DNA from: Chthoniobacterales bacterium
Lineage (GTDB): Bacteria; Verrucomicrobiota; Verrucomicrobiia; Chthoniobacterales; JAFAMB01
DNA: 49,305 nucleotides
Direction of reading: 5' to 3'
NCBI GenBank assembly: GCA_035484035.1
Contig: DATHPI010000119.1
Span: forward strand, 1 to 49,305
Under the pieces are notes generated by a model, which saw nothing but the letters and a program-made list of their open reading frames with translations, ran no database searches and was not told the DNA's origin. Numbering within the stretch: position 1 is the first letter of the stretch; every line of letters starts with the position of its first letter. Shown one piece after another: positions 1 to 10,732 of this stretch. A program made the translations under genes and the position numbers.

Positions 1-366
1 AGCAATCGCGCCCTCGATCTCCGACACCTCTTCTGAGTTTAGATCCTTGTTCTCGAGTTCAGCTTTGGCACGGTTAACTGCTTCTTCTGCGGCGGCTTCG
101 TCCACCTCCGTATCGGCCATCGCCATGTCGGTCAGTATTGAAACTTTGGTCGGAGTAACCTCCACAAAGCCCGTCCCAACCACGAGCTCAATCTGCGTTG
201 AACCCTGGGTAATTCGAACCTCGCCAGGCAGAAGCCGAGTCATCAAGGGAACGTGCAGGGGTAATATGCCAAGTTCACCTTCCACACCAGGAAGCACGAC
301 CATATCCACCTCTTCCGAAAAGGTCCTTGCTTCCGGGGTGACTATTTCGAGCTGTAATTTTGCCAT
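1..366 (-). CDS. atpC: F0F1 ATP synthase subunit epsilon (start at 366; 3' end runs off the window)
   Basis: Manual reverse translation from the ATG at 366-364 gives MAKLQLEIVTPEARTFSEEVDMVVLPGVEGELGILPLHVPLMTRLLPGEVRI..., a typical epsilon N-terminal domain. It starts 6 nt after the atpD stop. It is absent from the ORF track because no stop lies inside the window. Confidence 0.9.
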   Translation of the reverse strand, partial: MAKLQLEIVTPEARTFSEEVDMVVLPGVEGELGILPLHVPLMTRLLPGEVRITQGSTQIELVVGTGFVEVTPTKVSILTDMAMADTEVDEAAAEEAVNRAKAELENKDLNSEEVSEIEGAIA

Positions 367-372
367 GGAAAC

Positions 373-1800
<1,428 letters not shown>

Positions 1801-2649
1801 CTATCCAACGGCGAGTTGTGCCGTGGTAATTTCAAGCAATTCTGTGGTAATGTTCGCCTGGCGAACCTTATTGTATTCAAGGGTCAGGTCCTTGATCAAT
1901 TCTTTGGCATTATCCGTCGCATTTTTCATTGCCACCATTCGTGCGCTATGCTCGGATGCTCTGGCATTGAGGGCCATCTGAAAAAGCTGAAACGCGATAT
2001 AGTGAGGCAAGATCGCGTCCAGCACAGCGTTGACATCCGGCTCGAACAAATACTCGCCGCGGTTCGCCTCGCCCTCAACGTCGAGCTCTTCCGCGGGGAC
2101 AGGTAATAGGACACGCATCACCGATTGCTGGGTCAAAGTATTGATAAACTTTGGATACAGCACCCGCACCTGATCGACCTCGCCGGAAACGAACTTGTCG
2201 GAAGCAAACTTTGCTATCGGCCGAATATCAGCAAAATGGACCGCATCCTTGAGAGCGAAGTCGGCCGTCAAGTTTCGCTTGGTGCGAGCAATAAATTGCA
2301 CCGCTTTCCGGCCCATCACGGCAAACTCCGTCTTTTCCCGGTCGATATCGATGAGTTCTCTGAATAGGTTGTTGTTCAAAGGGCCGCACAACCCTTTGTC
2401 AGTGGAAAAAATCAAGATCAACTCCTTCTTTAGCGGACGGACCGCCAAGAGGGCATGGCTGGCCGGTTCTACGCGGCCTTTCACCGCGGCCAAAACCCGC
2501 GTCAACATTTCCTGGTATGGTCTTCCGGCCAGCGCCGCTGCTTGAGCCTTGCGCATCTTGGCAGCCGCTACCATTTGCATGGCTTTGGTGATTTGAGACG
2601 TGTTTTTGACCGACTTAATTCGCCGGCGCAAGTCTAGGGTGCTAGGCAT
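1801..2649 (-). CDS. atpG: F0F1 ATP synthase subunit gamma
   Basis: 282 aa. The N-terminus LRRRIKSVKNTSQITKAMQMVAAAKMRKAQ and C-terminus RQANITTELLEITTAQLAV are the canonical gamma coiled-coil helices. Confidence 0.96.
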   Translation of the reverse strand: MPSTLDLRRRIKSVKNTSQITKAMQMVAAAKMRKAQAAALAGRPYQEMLTRVLAAVKGRVEPASHALLAVRPLKKELILIFSTDKGLCGPLNNNLFRELIDIDREKTEFAVMGRKAVQFIARTKRNLTADFALKDAVHFADIRPIAKFASDKFVSGEVDQVRVLYPKFINTLTQQSVMRVLLPVPAEELDVEGEANRGEYLFEPDVNAVLDAILPHYIAFQLFQMALNARASEHSARMVAMKNATDNAKELIKDLTLEYNKVRQANITTELLEITTAQLAVG

Positions 2650-2654
2650 CGGAA

Positions 2655-4190
2655 TTACGGCCGGTAAAAGCCTTTGAAATCTTTAATCGCGCCGTGGAGC
2701 TTTTCCTCCAACTCCTTGTCGATCGCACGCTTATCGACAATGGAGGTCAGAATGTCTTCTTTTCGGGTCTGGAAGTACTCCACCAGCTTCCCTTGGCAGT
2801 CCTTGACCTTATCGACGGGCACATCATCGAAATAGCCCTTCTGCATCGCGAAAAGAACGGCCACCTCCACTTCCACCGCAAACGGATTATACTGCGCCTG
2901 CTTGAAAAGCTCCACGATCCGCTGTCCGCGCTCTAGCTTTTTCCGAGTGCCGGCATCCACATCGGAACCGAACTGGGCAAACGCTTGCAGATCCCGAAAT
3001 TGCGCAAGGTCCAGTTTCGTCGTTCCGGAAACCTGTTTGATTGCCTTGATTTGCGCAGCAGAACCGACCCGGCTAACCGAAATACCGACCGAAATCGCGG
3101 GTCTCACGCCCTGGTAAAATAAATCCGTCTCGAGGTAAACCTGGCCGTCTGTGATCGAAATGACGTTCGTCGGGATATAGGCAGACACGTCGCCCGCCTG
3201 CGTTTCAATAATCGGCAAGGCGGTCAGCGATCCTCCCCCGTGCTCGTCATTGAGACGTGCGCTCCGCTCCAATAAGCGGGAGTGCAGGTAAAATACGTCT
3301 CCAGGATAGGCCTCACGTCCGGATGGCCGCTTCAGAACCAGCGAAACCTGCCGGTAAGCCGCCGCATGCTTGGTGAGATCGTCATAAACGATCAGGGCGT
3401 CCATTCCGTTCGCCATGAACCATTCCCCCATCGCCGCACCGGCATAGGGTGCAAGATATTGGTTCGTTGCGCTCTCAGAAGCGGGCGCCGACAGGACGAT
3501 CGTGTAGTCAAGTGCTCCGGCTTTTTCCAGAACATCGACCGTTCGGGCGATGCTCATGTTTTTCTGCCCTACTCCGACGTAGATACAATAGAGCGGTTTA
3601 TGGTTTTTGTTTTTCCCTTCTTCGGCGGCTTTGTTCAGGCGAGCCTGGTTGATAATCGTATCAATGGCGATCGTCGTTTTCCCGGTCGCGCGGTCTCCAA
3701 TGATTAATTCCCGCTGCCCGCGTCCAATCGGAATCATGGCGTCGATTGGCAGGATACCGGTCTGGACCGGAACCGAGACGCTTTTCCTCTTGATAATACC
3801 GGGAGCAATCCTTTCGACTGGATAAGTTTCCTCGGATTTGACCGGACCTTTGCCGTCGATCGGCTGGCCCAAAGCGTTGACCACCCGGCCTAGCAATCCC
3901 TTCCCCACCGGAACGGAAAGCAATCTTCCGGTTGTCCTAACCTCGGTACCTTCTTTGACCTCAGTATAGTCGCCGACGATAATGGCACCGACTTCTGTTT
4001 CCTCCAGGTTGAGCGCTATTCCATAAAGGCCGCCCGGAAACTCTATCATTTCGTTGAGCATTACGTCGCTTAGCCCCTCGATTTTCGCGACCCCATCGCC
4101 GATTTCCCGGACTGTCCCGACGTTCGACCGGGTGGTGTCAGTCTTCAGCCCAGAAATAGTTGCTTCCAGTTCCTGCAGAATTGTGCTCAT
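2655..4190 (-). CDS. atpA: F0F1 ATP synthase subunit alpha
   Basis: 511 aa with Walker A GDRATGKT and the [40 protein letters not shown] block typical of alpha subunits. Confidence 0.98.
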   Translation of the reverse strand: MSTILQELEATISGLKTDTTRSNVGTVREIGDGVAKIEGLSDVMLNEMIEFPGGLYGIALNLEETEVGAIIVGDYTEVKEGTEVRTTGRLLSVPVGKGLLGRVVNALGQPIDGKGPVKSEETYPVERIAPGIIKRKSVSVPVQTGILPIDAMIPIGRGQRELIIGDRATGKTTIAIDTIINQARLNKAAEEGKNKNHKPLYCIYVGVGQKNMSIARTVDVLEKAGALDYTIVLSAPASESATNQYLAPYAGAAMGEWFMANGMDALIVYDDLTKHAAAYRQVSLVLKRPSGREAYPGDVFYLHSRLLERSARLNDEHGGGSLTALPIIETQAGDVSAYIPTNVISITDGQVYLETDLFYQGVRPAISVGISVSRVGSAAQIKAIKQVSGTTKLDLAQFRDLQAFAQFGSDVDAGTRKKLERGQRIVELFKQAQYNPFAVEVEVAVLFAMQKGYFDDVPVDKVKDCQGKLVEYFQTRKEDILTSIVDKRAIDKELEEKLHGAIKDFKGFYRP

Positions 4191-4200
4191 GATTCGATCA

Positions 4201-4593
4201 CTAAAGTTGTTCTTGAAGCTGATTCAGGCGGTTCCTGACTGAACCGTCCCAGACATCATCTCCTATCTTGATCCGGAGACCACCCAGGAGTTCAGGATTG
4301 GTGCGAAACTCTGTCGTTAAATCTTCCCCATACCTGGCCCTCAAATTCGCGACTATTCGATCCCCCAGAGACCGATTTAGCGGAGTCGCACTTTCGATCA
4401 CCGCGTGCCGTTTCTCCACTTCCAGGTGAATCAAACGTTGGTAGTCTTTCAGCACGTCGACGTAACGACGCGGCTTCGTTGCTAGTACAGTCTGAACCAT
4501 GTTCGAGATCTTCTCCTCATCTAATTTCCCCGAGGTAAAACTGTGTCGAAACATCTGACGGGATACCTTCCGGGCTTCTTTGGTCGATTTCAT
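4201..4593 (-). CDS. atpH: F0F1 ATP synthase subunit delta (OSCP), unusually short
   Basis: 130 aa with a delta-type C-terminus ([27 protein letters not shown]). It lies between atpF and atpA. The start cannot move upstream because the atpF stop is 16 nt away. Confidence 0.85.
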   Translation of the reverse strand: MKSTKEARKVSRQMFRHSFTSGKLDEEKISNMVQTVLATKPRRYVDVLKDYQRLIHLEVEKRHAVIESATPLNRSLGDRIVANLRARYGEDLTTEFRTNPELLGGLRIKIGDDVWDGSVRNRLNQLQEQL

Positions 4594-4609
4594 TGTCGGT
4601 CAATCAGCG

Positions 4610-5119
4610 TTAGGCAGCGACCTCGCGCGCCGTTTCTTCGCTAATACGTTGATGGTCTTCCGAGGTTAACACCTTGCCGGTCACACGGGTTGTGGTGTCG
4701 ACCACCAGACGGCCAAGTTCCCGCTTCATTTCCGCCATGAGACGATCTCTCTCCAATGCCATCGCTTCCTGCGCCTTCAAAGTGATCTGCTCCGCGGCAG
4801 AAATCGCTTCCTGTCGTTTCTGGTCCGCAAGCCGATCGCCACTTGCACGCACCTCTTCGATCAATCGTTGCGCCTCGGCGTTGGCCTTAGCTAGAATCTC
4901 CTCGTATTTCGTCTGGGCTGCGGCCAGTTGTTTCTTAATGTTTTCAGCGTTCAGCTGGCCTTCTTCAATTCGGCGGCGCCGTTCTTCCAGCATCGCTATA
5001 ACCGGCTTGAATGCGAATCGCTTGAGGACCCAGTAGACGATCGCAAACAGCACCACCTGAGCTATCAGGTTAGGCCAGTAAACGCCAAATTGTTCAGCCA
5101 CTTTACCCGCTGCGTCCAT
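4610..5119 (-). CDS. atpF: F0F1 ATP synthase subunit b
   Basis: 169 aa with one N-terminal TM helix (LIAQVVLFAIVYWVL) followed by a long charged Ala/Glu/Arg-rich helix. Operon position supports the call. Confidence 0.9.
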   Translation of the reverse strand: MDAAGKVAEQFGVYWPNLIAQVVLFAIVYWVLKRFAFKPVIAMLEERRRRIEEGQLNAENIKKQLAAAQTKYEEILAKANAEAQRLIEEVRASGDRLADQKRQEAISAAEQITLKAQEAMALERDRLMAEMKRELGRLVVDTTTRVTGKVLTSEDHQRISEETAREVAA

Positions 5120-5210
5120 AAATCAATTGGTTTGGGAGGGTTTCTTTACTCGGGGCGATTGTGGAAACTGCAAGGACTTTCTGCCTTGCAGCCTCCACAT
5201 TCTTTCGTCG

Positions 5211-5447
5211 TTACTTTGTGAATGCAATAATCAATCCGTAAATTGCAATGGCTTCGGCCAGCGCCATACCGATAATCGCCATCACCAGGATGCTGCCGAA
5301 CGCGCTCGGGTTGCGTCCTACTGCCTCGGCTGCCTTGCCCCCGACTATACCGACTCCGACACCTGCCCCTAGGCCCGCAAAGGCTAATGGCAGAAACGGG
5401 CCGACATTCCCGGCTTCAGCCGCCAGGATTGGAAGAGTTTCTAACAT
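5211..5447 (-). CDS. atpE: F0F1 ATP synthase subunit c
   Basis: 78 aa forming a two-helix hairpin, with Gly-rich helix 1 (GLGAGVGVGIVGG), an RNP loop (GRNPS) and the ion-binding Glu in MALAEAIAIYGL. Confidence 0.95.
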   Translation of the reverse strand: MLETLPILAAEAGNVGPFLPLAFAGLGAGVGVGIVGGKAAEAVGRNPSAFGSILVMAIIGMALAEAIAIYGLIIAFTK

Positions 5448-5521
5448 GCGTATTTCCTTTAGTTTGTTTGTCCTTCTCGTTCCAGCCGCCCACGCGGAGC
5501 ATGGTCTCGGATGGAAAATTT

Positions 5522-6373
5522 TCAGTGCGCTTCACTGCCCCCTTCGTGTTCTGTGGAGAGTTTGATATAGACGGCGCAAAGCATCGCGAAAACGAAGGCT
5601 TGGAGCAGACCCACCAACAGCTCAAGGAAGTAGAATGGAAGCGGAAATAGAATGAGAGAAATCCAGTTCATCGGAGGTGGCAAACTGGCACCCACCGACC
5701 CCATCGTGTGTAAAAGCGTCTCTCCTGCGTAGATATTGCCGAATAACCGAAACGAAAGTGAAACCGGTCGAATGGCTATCGAGATAACTTCGATAATCCC
5801 GACGAAGATGAAAAGCGGCAAAAGAACGTACCAGAGTACGCCTTTCAAATCCCCTTTCGGTGCAAAAATATGCTTGACAAACCCGACTACGCCCACTTCC
5901 TGAATGGTCCAGAACAGCCACCAAGCCATGAAGAACAGGGCCATCCCTAAGGTCATGTTGAGATCGGCATTGGCAGGACGCAAGAGAGGGTGCGTCATTT
6001 CCTTAAGGCCGAGCAGCCCCCCACCCGGTTCTCCAAACCCGATAGTTCCTACGCCGGGAACCAATCCAAACCAGTTGGCCGTGAGGATAAAGACAAATAA
6101 CGTGGCGATCAGGGAAAAAACTTTCGGAATCATGTGCTTACCCACGATACCTTCGAAAGTCACATAGAGGGTTTCGACCACGGCCTCGAACAGATTCTGG
6201 ATGCCGCTGGGGATCAGGCTCATTTTCGCCGTCGATCGGCGCGCCCAAATTACCACCAGAACCGTGACAATCATCGTAGCCAACATCGAGTTCGTGAACC
6301 AACTCGCACCCGAGAAAAGGGGGTTTGCTGTAACCGTGAGCTCTTCCGCCGCCAGTAAATATGTCAGTTCCAT
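5522..6373 (-). CDS. atpB: F0F1 ATP synthase subunit a
   Basis: 283 aa, polytopic, with the conserved Arg motif LSFRLFGNIYAGE. It is the first gene of the operon. Confidence 0.95.
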   Translation of the reverse strand: MELTYLLAAEELTVTANPLFSGASWFTNSMLATMIVTVLVVIWARRSTAKMSLIPSGIQNLFEAVVETLYVTFEGIVGKHMIPKVFSLIATLFVFILTANWFGLVPGVGTIGFGEPGGGLLGLKEMTHPLLRPANADLNMTLGMALFFMAWWLFWTIQEVGVVGFVKHIFAPKGDLKGVLWYVLLPLFIFVGIIEVISIAIRPVSLSFRLFGNIYAGETLLHTMGSVGASLPPPMNWISLILFPLPFYFLELLVGLLQAFVFAMLCAVYIKLSTEHEGGSEAH

Positions 6374-6652
6374 AGGCGTATCACTCTCCGGCGACCGCGA
6401 CGCGCCTCCGGCACTTTAGGCGGATGGTAGGAGCTTGTCAGTACTGGAGGGTGAGAACCCATGAAAGCAATGCCTATAGAGACATGCAAGTCGTTTCGTT
6501 AAATTTTTCATTCCACGCCGTGAGCCTTTTGCCCCCCGGCCACCGTTTCCTCCGGTCGGTTGACTTCGTACTACCGGTTCCTCATCTAAAGCGCGGGAGT
6601 TCTGAACTCCATATTTCTTGCAGACTTCGTCCATGTCGCTTATCGGCTCACC

Positions 6653-7843
6653 GTGGATCGGAAGTTGGGTTACCTCTTTGAACGGTTCCCGGCGTTTACG
6701 CAAACATTTTGCGCCCGGGAGCTGGCAGAACTCTATCGGCAAGGCATCTCGCCCCCGGTTTACTCCATCCGGCGCCCAACCGAGGCCCGGCCGGCAAATA
6801 TTCCGCTGGAAAATATTCCCATCTATTACCTGCCTGACACCAACAGCCTGGAATTCAAAATCAGAACCAAACTCATCCCTCCACGACTTAAAGAGCTCTG
6901 GTCGGGCTCCGGGGATCTTCGAGATAAAGGGCGCTTTCGCGAAGCGGTCTATCTAGGGCGGAAATTAAAGAAATCCCAGGTTTCTCACCTTCACGTCCAT
7001 TTCGCCGGCCTGGCTTCCCGGACCGCATGGTGGATCAAACGCCTTTTCGGGATTACCTATAGTTTCACCGGCCACGCCAACGATATATTTTGCCCCAAGC
7101 CGGAGCAACGTGTCGGACTCGCCGACCTCCTTCGTGAGGCTTCTTTTGTGGTGGTGGTCAGCGATTTCGGTGCCAATTGGCTTCAACGTGGCTTTCCCGA
7201 ATCTGCCCACAAAATCCAGCGAGTCTACAACGGCCTGGATCTCTCAGTTTTCAAGCGGGCGACACCAGGAGCTGAGCCGGTGCGATTGCTGTCGATCGGC
7301 CGTCTAATCGAGAAGAAAGGATTCAAATTCCTGATCGAAGCCTGCCGCCTGCTTCGGTCCTCTGGTTTCTCCTTTGTCTGCCAGATCGTGGGCGAAGGAC
7401 CGGAACATGACCACTTGCAGGAAGCGATCCAGGGGTCCCAACTATCAGATACAGTTCGGCTTAGGGGAGCGTTACCGCAAACTGAGCTCGTGGAGATCCT
7501 TTCCCAGAGCTCCATCTTTGTCTTTCCGGCGGTCCACGACAGCGCCGGGGATACTGACAATCTTCCAACGGTTCTGATCGAGGCCATGGCGAGCAGCCTG
7601 CCGATTATCGCAACGAGAATCGCTGGCATTCCGGAAATCGTGCAACACAATGAAAACGGAATCCTTGTTCCGGAGCAAGATCCGGCCCGATTAGCCGGCG
7701 CGATCCGCGCGATGGCCGGCGATCAAGCTTTACAGGAACGCTTCGGCGGAGCCTCCCGCCGGATTGCCGAAGAGAAGTTTGCTCTAGTCAATACGGTCGG
7801 ACATTTGAAGAAACTATTCGCCCAATTTGGTCTCAATGCCTGA
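6653..7843 (+). CDS. Glycosyltransferase family 4 (GT-B, WcaL-like)
   Basis: 396 aa with a GTG start. The C-terminal GT1/GT4 signature is DNLPTVLIEAMASSLPIIATRIAGIPEIVQHNENGILVPEQDP (EX7E-type). Confidence 0.88.
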   Translation: MDRKLGYLFERFPAFTQTFCARELAELYRQGISPPVYSIRRPTEARPANIPLENIPIYYLPDTNSLEFKIRTKLIPPRLKELWSGSGDLRDKGRFREAVYLGRKLKKSQVSHLHVHFAGLASRTAWWIKRLFGITYSFTGHANDIFCPKPEQRVGLADLLREASFVVVVSDFGANWLQRGFPESAHKIQRVYNGLDLSVFKRATPGAEPVRLLSIGRLIEKKGFKFLIEACRLLRSSGFSFVCQIVGEGPEHDHLQEAIQGSQLSDTVRLRGALPQTELVEILSQSSIFVFPAVHDSAGDTDNLPTVLIEAMASSLPIIATRIAGIPEIVQHNENGILVPEQDPARLAGAIRAMAGDQALQERFGGASRRIAEEKFALVNTVGHLKKLFAQFGLNA

Positions 7844-7954
7844 ACTGAGAGAGGCTGTCGCGAGTTGTCTTCGAGCAAAGCCCGGCCAGGCCAAAGGCTT
7901 TTCCTAGGTAGATTCTGGTTGATTTCCTCGAGAGTCGTTCTTTACTCCCTACCT

Positions 7955-8212
7955 ATGTCGAACGAAAGCAAAGCAAAAAGCGCATTTATGAAACCGGTTC
8001 AGCCCGATGATGCGCTTGCGAAGATTGTTGGTGCAAATCCTCTTCCCAGGACGGAACTGACCAAGAAGCTTTGGGAGTATATCAAACAGAACAAGCTCCA
8101 GGATAAGAAGCTCATCAAGGCCGATGCAGCTCTGGAAACCGTTTTTAACGGCAAGAAAGAGGTCGACATGTTCGAACTCACCCGGCTCGTCAATACGCAT
8201 ATCATCAAATAG
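7955..8212 (+). CDS. SWIB/MDM2 domain-containing protein
   Basis: The sequence LAKIVGANPLPRTELTKKLWEYIKQNKLQDKKLIKADAALETVFNGKKEVDMFELTRLVNTHI matches the SWIB fold pattern. I prefer the ATG at 7955 (85 aa) over the TTG at 7865, whose extension is hydrophobic and low-complexity. Confidence 0.85.
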   Translation: MSNESKAKSAFMKPVQPDDALAKIVGANPLPRTELTKKLWEYIKQNKLQDKKLIKADAALETVFNGKKEVDMFELTRLVNTHIIK

Positions 8213-8287
8213 ATTGAGCTTGGCCACCCGAGCACGATCTTCGCCTCAAGATCGCTCGACGAAACAGGAGGCTTCGCTCAAAAAGGC

Positions 8288-9001
8288 GTGTCCTCGTTAA
8301 CCAATAAGCTGATAGTCGCCTTCGCGCTCCTGATCGGGCTTGCGGCGGCCTCTTATTTTTTTCCGATCGTCCCGGCCCTTCAGCATCTTTGCACTTGGGT
8401 TGGCAGCCTCGGTCTTCTAGGAGTTTTGCTACTGGCCCTGTTTCTGGCAATTGGATCAGTTTTCTTTCTGCCGGCTAGTCCTTTTATCATCGCCGGAGCG
8501 GCGGTTTTCGGGTTTCCGCTGGGCGTTGCTGGAGCGCTTACGGGAATCGCTTTGGGAGCTTCGGGCGGCTTTTGTCTGTCCCGCTGGTTCCTGCGCAAAG
8601 AAATTTCAGCTCAGTTCCGAAAACACGCGACTTTTCGCGCGATCGATATGGCCATCGAAAAAGAGGGATGGAAAATCGTAATTCTATTGCGGCTTTGTCC
8701 CATCCCTTTTGGGCTGGCAAACTATCTCTATGGCTTGAGCGCCGTCCGATTTCGCCCTTATCTGATCGCCAGCCTGATCGGAGGTTTGCCGAGCCTTCTA
8801 CTCTATTGCCAGCTCGGCAGCGCCGGAAAAGCTGGTTTGGACGCGCTTGCCTCAGGTCACTTAGGACGCAGTACAGGAGAGCTGGTGGTACTCGGGACCA
8901 GTATGGTCGCAACGGTCTGCGCGATCGTTTTAGTACCGTTGTTCGCTCGCAGAGCAGTCCAGAAATACGCACACGTTTCCATTCCTTCGATCTCGTCTTA
9001 A
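8288..9001 (+). CDS. TVP38/TMEM64 family (DedA-related, SNARE-associated) membrane protein
   Basis: 237 aa with a GTG start, polytopic. Characteristic segments are FFLPASPFIIAGAAVFG and ILLRLCPIPFGLANYLYGLS. Confidence 0.8.
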   Translation: MSSLTNKLIVAFALLIGLAAASYFFPIVPALQHLCTWVGSLGLLGVLLLALFLAIGSVFFLPASPFIIAGAAVFGFPLGVAGALTGIALGASGGFCLSRWFLRKEISAQFRKHATFRAIDMAIEKEGWKIVILLRLCPIPFGLANYLYGLSAVRFRPYLIASLIGGLPSLLLYCQLGSAGKAGLDALASGHLGRSTGELVVLGTSMVATVCAIVLVPLFARRAVQKYAHVSIPSISS

Positions 9002-9031
9002 ATCGCACGTTTCCATTCCTTCGATCTCGTC
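8972..9031. repeat. 34-bp-period tandem duplication (two perfect 26-bp copies) straddling the stop codon of the TVP38 gene
   Basis: cacgtttccattccttcgatctcgtc occurs at 8972-8997 (coding ...HVSIPSISS*) and again at 9006-9031, just after the stop. Confidence 0.9.
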
Positions 9032-9247
9032 CCAATCGTTCTCGTCTTCGTTTCGTCTTCCCGGATCGACATAAAAACACCACCTGGCTTTGAGGCCAAG
9101 GCGGTAGCGGCACGCGTCGTAACAGGTCGGTTCGACCGGTTTCTGGGGGATGACGTCATGGGAGAGGCGACCTCGGAAGCCCCGGCTCAGGCGGAGCTTC
9201 GCCCTCTACCTGCGCCAAGGCTTCCCTCGAGGCCGATTCTCAACGCA

Positions 9248-10621
9248 TCAAAACTGGTATTCTTTTCCGGGCTCGGGAATCACCGTGGATATCCCGGGCA
9301 ATTCCTTGGCGATCCTGGATTCAAACCAGGAAACCGCCGGTGGATCTCCGTGCACTAAAATCACGATTTTAGGCGAAAGCTTCCGGATGTAATCAAAGAG
9401 GAGTTCTCGCGGCGCGTGGGCGCTGAAATCAAATTCACTGACTTGGCACGCCAAACTCTGGCTTGGCAACCCTTCGTCAAGTTGAACAAGATCATGAGGT
9501 CGAGCCGCTTTCAATCGGCCGCCGGGTGACTCCGGATCAGCATAACCGACAAAGAATACCGATTGCCTCGGATCAGTCAGGAAACGCTCCGCCAACTGGT
9601 TTGACAAAGTTTTCTCCGTCATCATCCCGCTGGAAAGGGCGTAAATCCGTCGCCGGCCAATCTGTGTCGTTTGCACGTCGCGACTGCTCAATACGTGCGG
9701 TCCAAGCGAATCCAGAAGTTGCAACCCTTCATATTGCCGCGAAGTCCGAGATGCCAGCTGATCATGTAAAATCGTAATCTTCGTGCTCAGACCACCGATA
9801 TAAATCGGGACATGCTGAAGCTCGCCTTGACGCTTGAACAGATGAAGCATGGTAAGGATCTCCTGGGTCTTCCCGAGGGCGAAGACCGGGACCAGGATGG
9901 ATCCTCCTTTATCAAAAGCCTCTTCGATTGCGGCCAGGAACCGACGCTCTTCGGCCTTTCGGGAATACCCCACTTCGAGTGAACGATCGCCCCGCGTCGT
10001 TTCAATAATCAGGATATCGATATCATCTTCCGGAAAATCGGCTCCTCGCATCAACGTCTGTTGCAAAAAATTCACATCGCCGGTGTAAAAAACCTTCTTC
10101 CCTTCCGCTCGAAGTAGAATCCCCGCCGATCCGAGGATATGACCAGAATCATACATCTCGAATGTCAAATCGTGATCGGGCTTCGGCACTCGCTCTCCGT
10201 CAAGGGTCCAATACTGCCGGAAACCAACGCTTTGCCAAAGTTCAGAAGCATGGTCCGCCTCCCGATGGGTAAAAAGCGGATAATTCGGAATCCGAAGTTC
10301 GTCTCGCTGTCGCGACATCACGTTCACGGAGTTGTGCAACATGACATCCGACAGCTTCGCAGTTGCGCCGGTCATGAAAACTCTCGCCTGTGGTTGTCTC
10401 CGCATCAGGACCGGTAGCGAACCGATATGATCCTGGTGTGCGTGCGAGATGAGAATCGCGTCGAGCGAGCTATCGGGAATTATTCGATAATGCGGCAGCG
10501 CTGCGTCCCCCTCGTGCTTAGGATGCAACCCCGCGTCAAGCACTAGTTTCTTGCCGTCCAGCTCCAGGAAATAGGAATTCGCACCAATCTCCGTTTGCCG
10601 GGTCAAATTTATAAATCGCAT
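9248..10621 (-). CDS. MBL-fold metallo-hydrolase, beta-CASP (CPSF/RNase J-like) RNA-metabolising nuclease
   Basis: HAHQDHIG (HxHxDH) motif, a downstream D/H motifs pattern and a C-terminal VILVHGD. The ORF opens at TTG 10645, and the first in-frame ATG (MRFINL...) is at 10621. Confidence 0.88.
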   Translation of the reverse strand: MRFINLTRQTEIGANSYFLELDGKKLVLDAGLHPKHEGDAALPHYRIIPDSSLDAILISHAHQDHIGSLPVLMRRQPQARVFMTGATAKLSDVMLHNSVNVMSRQRDELRIPNYPLFTHREADHASELWQSVGFRQYWTLDGERVPKPDHDLTFEMYDSGHILGSAGILLRAEGKKVFYTGDVNFLQQTLMRGADFPEDDIDILIIETTRGDRSLEVGYSRKAEERRFLAAIEEAFDKGGSILVPVFALGKTQEILTMLHLFKRQGELQHVPIYIGGLSTKITILHDQLASRTSRQYEGLQLLDSLGPHVLSSRDVQTTQIGRRRIYALSSGMMTEKTLSNQLAERFLTDPRQSVFFVGYADPESPGGRLKAARPHDLVQLDEGLPSQSLACQVSEFDFSAHAPRELLFDYIRKLSPKIVILVHGDPPAVSWFESRIAKELPGISTVIPEPGKEYQF

Positions 10622-10732
10622 TCTCTTTTTTTTGTGGGCATCCAAATTCGCCGAAACCTTCCGGATGCAATGGCGTCTCCAATTCTAATGAAATCACACG
10701 GGAAACCAAATCCTACCAATTAAGATTTATAG

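Noticed and set aside
6416-6742. 108-aa minus-strand ORF upstream of atpB (candidate atpI)
   Set aside because: It is not hydrophobic, whereas AtpI/AtpZ are membrane proteins. It is Arg/Gly-rich and overlaps the well-supported N-terminus of the GT4 gene.
7865-7954. TTG-initiated 30-codon extension of the SWIB ORF
   Set aside because: The extension (MSSSKARPGQRLFLGRFWLISSRVVLYSLP) is unlike SWIB N-termini. An ATG at 7955 gives a compact single-domain protein.
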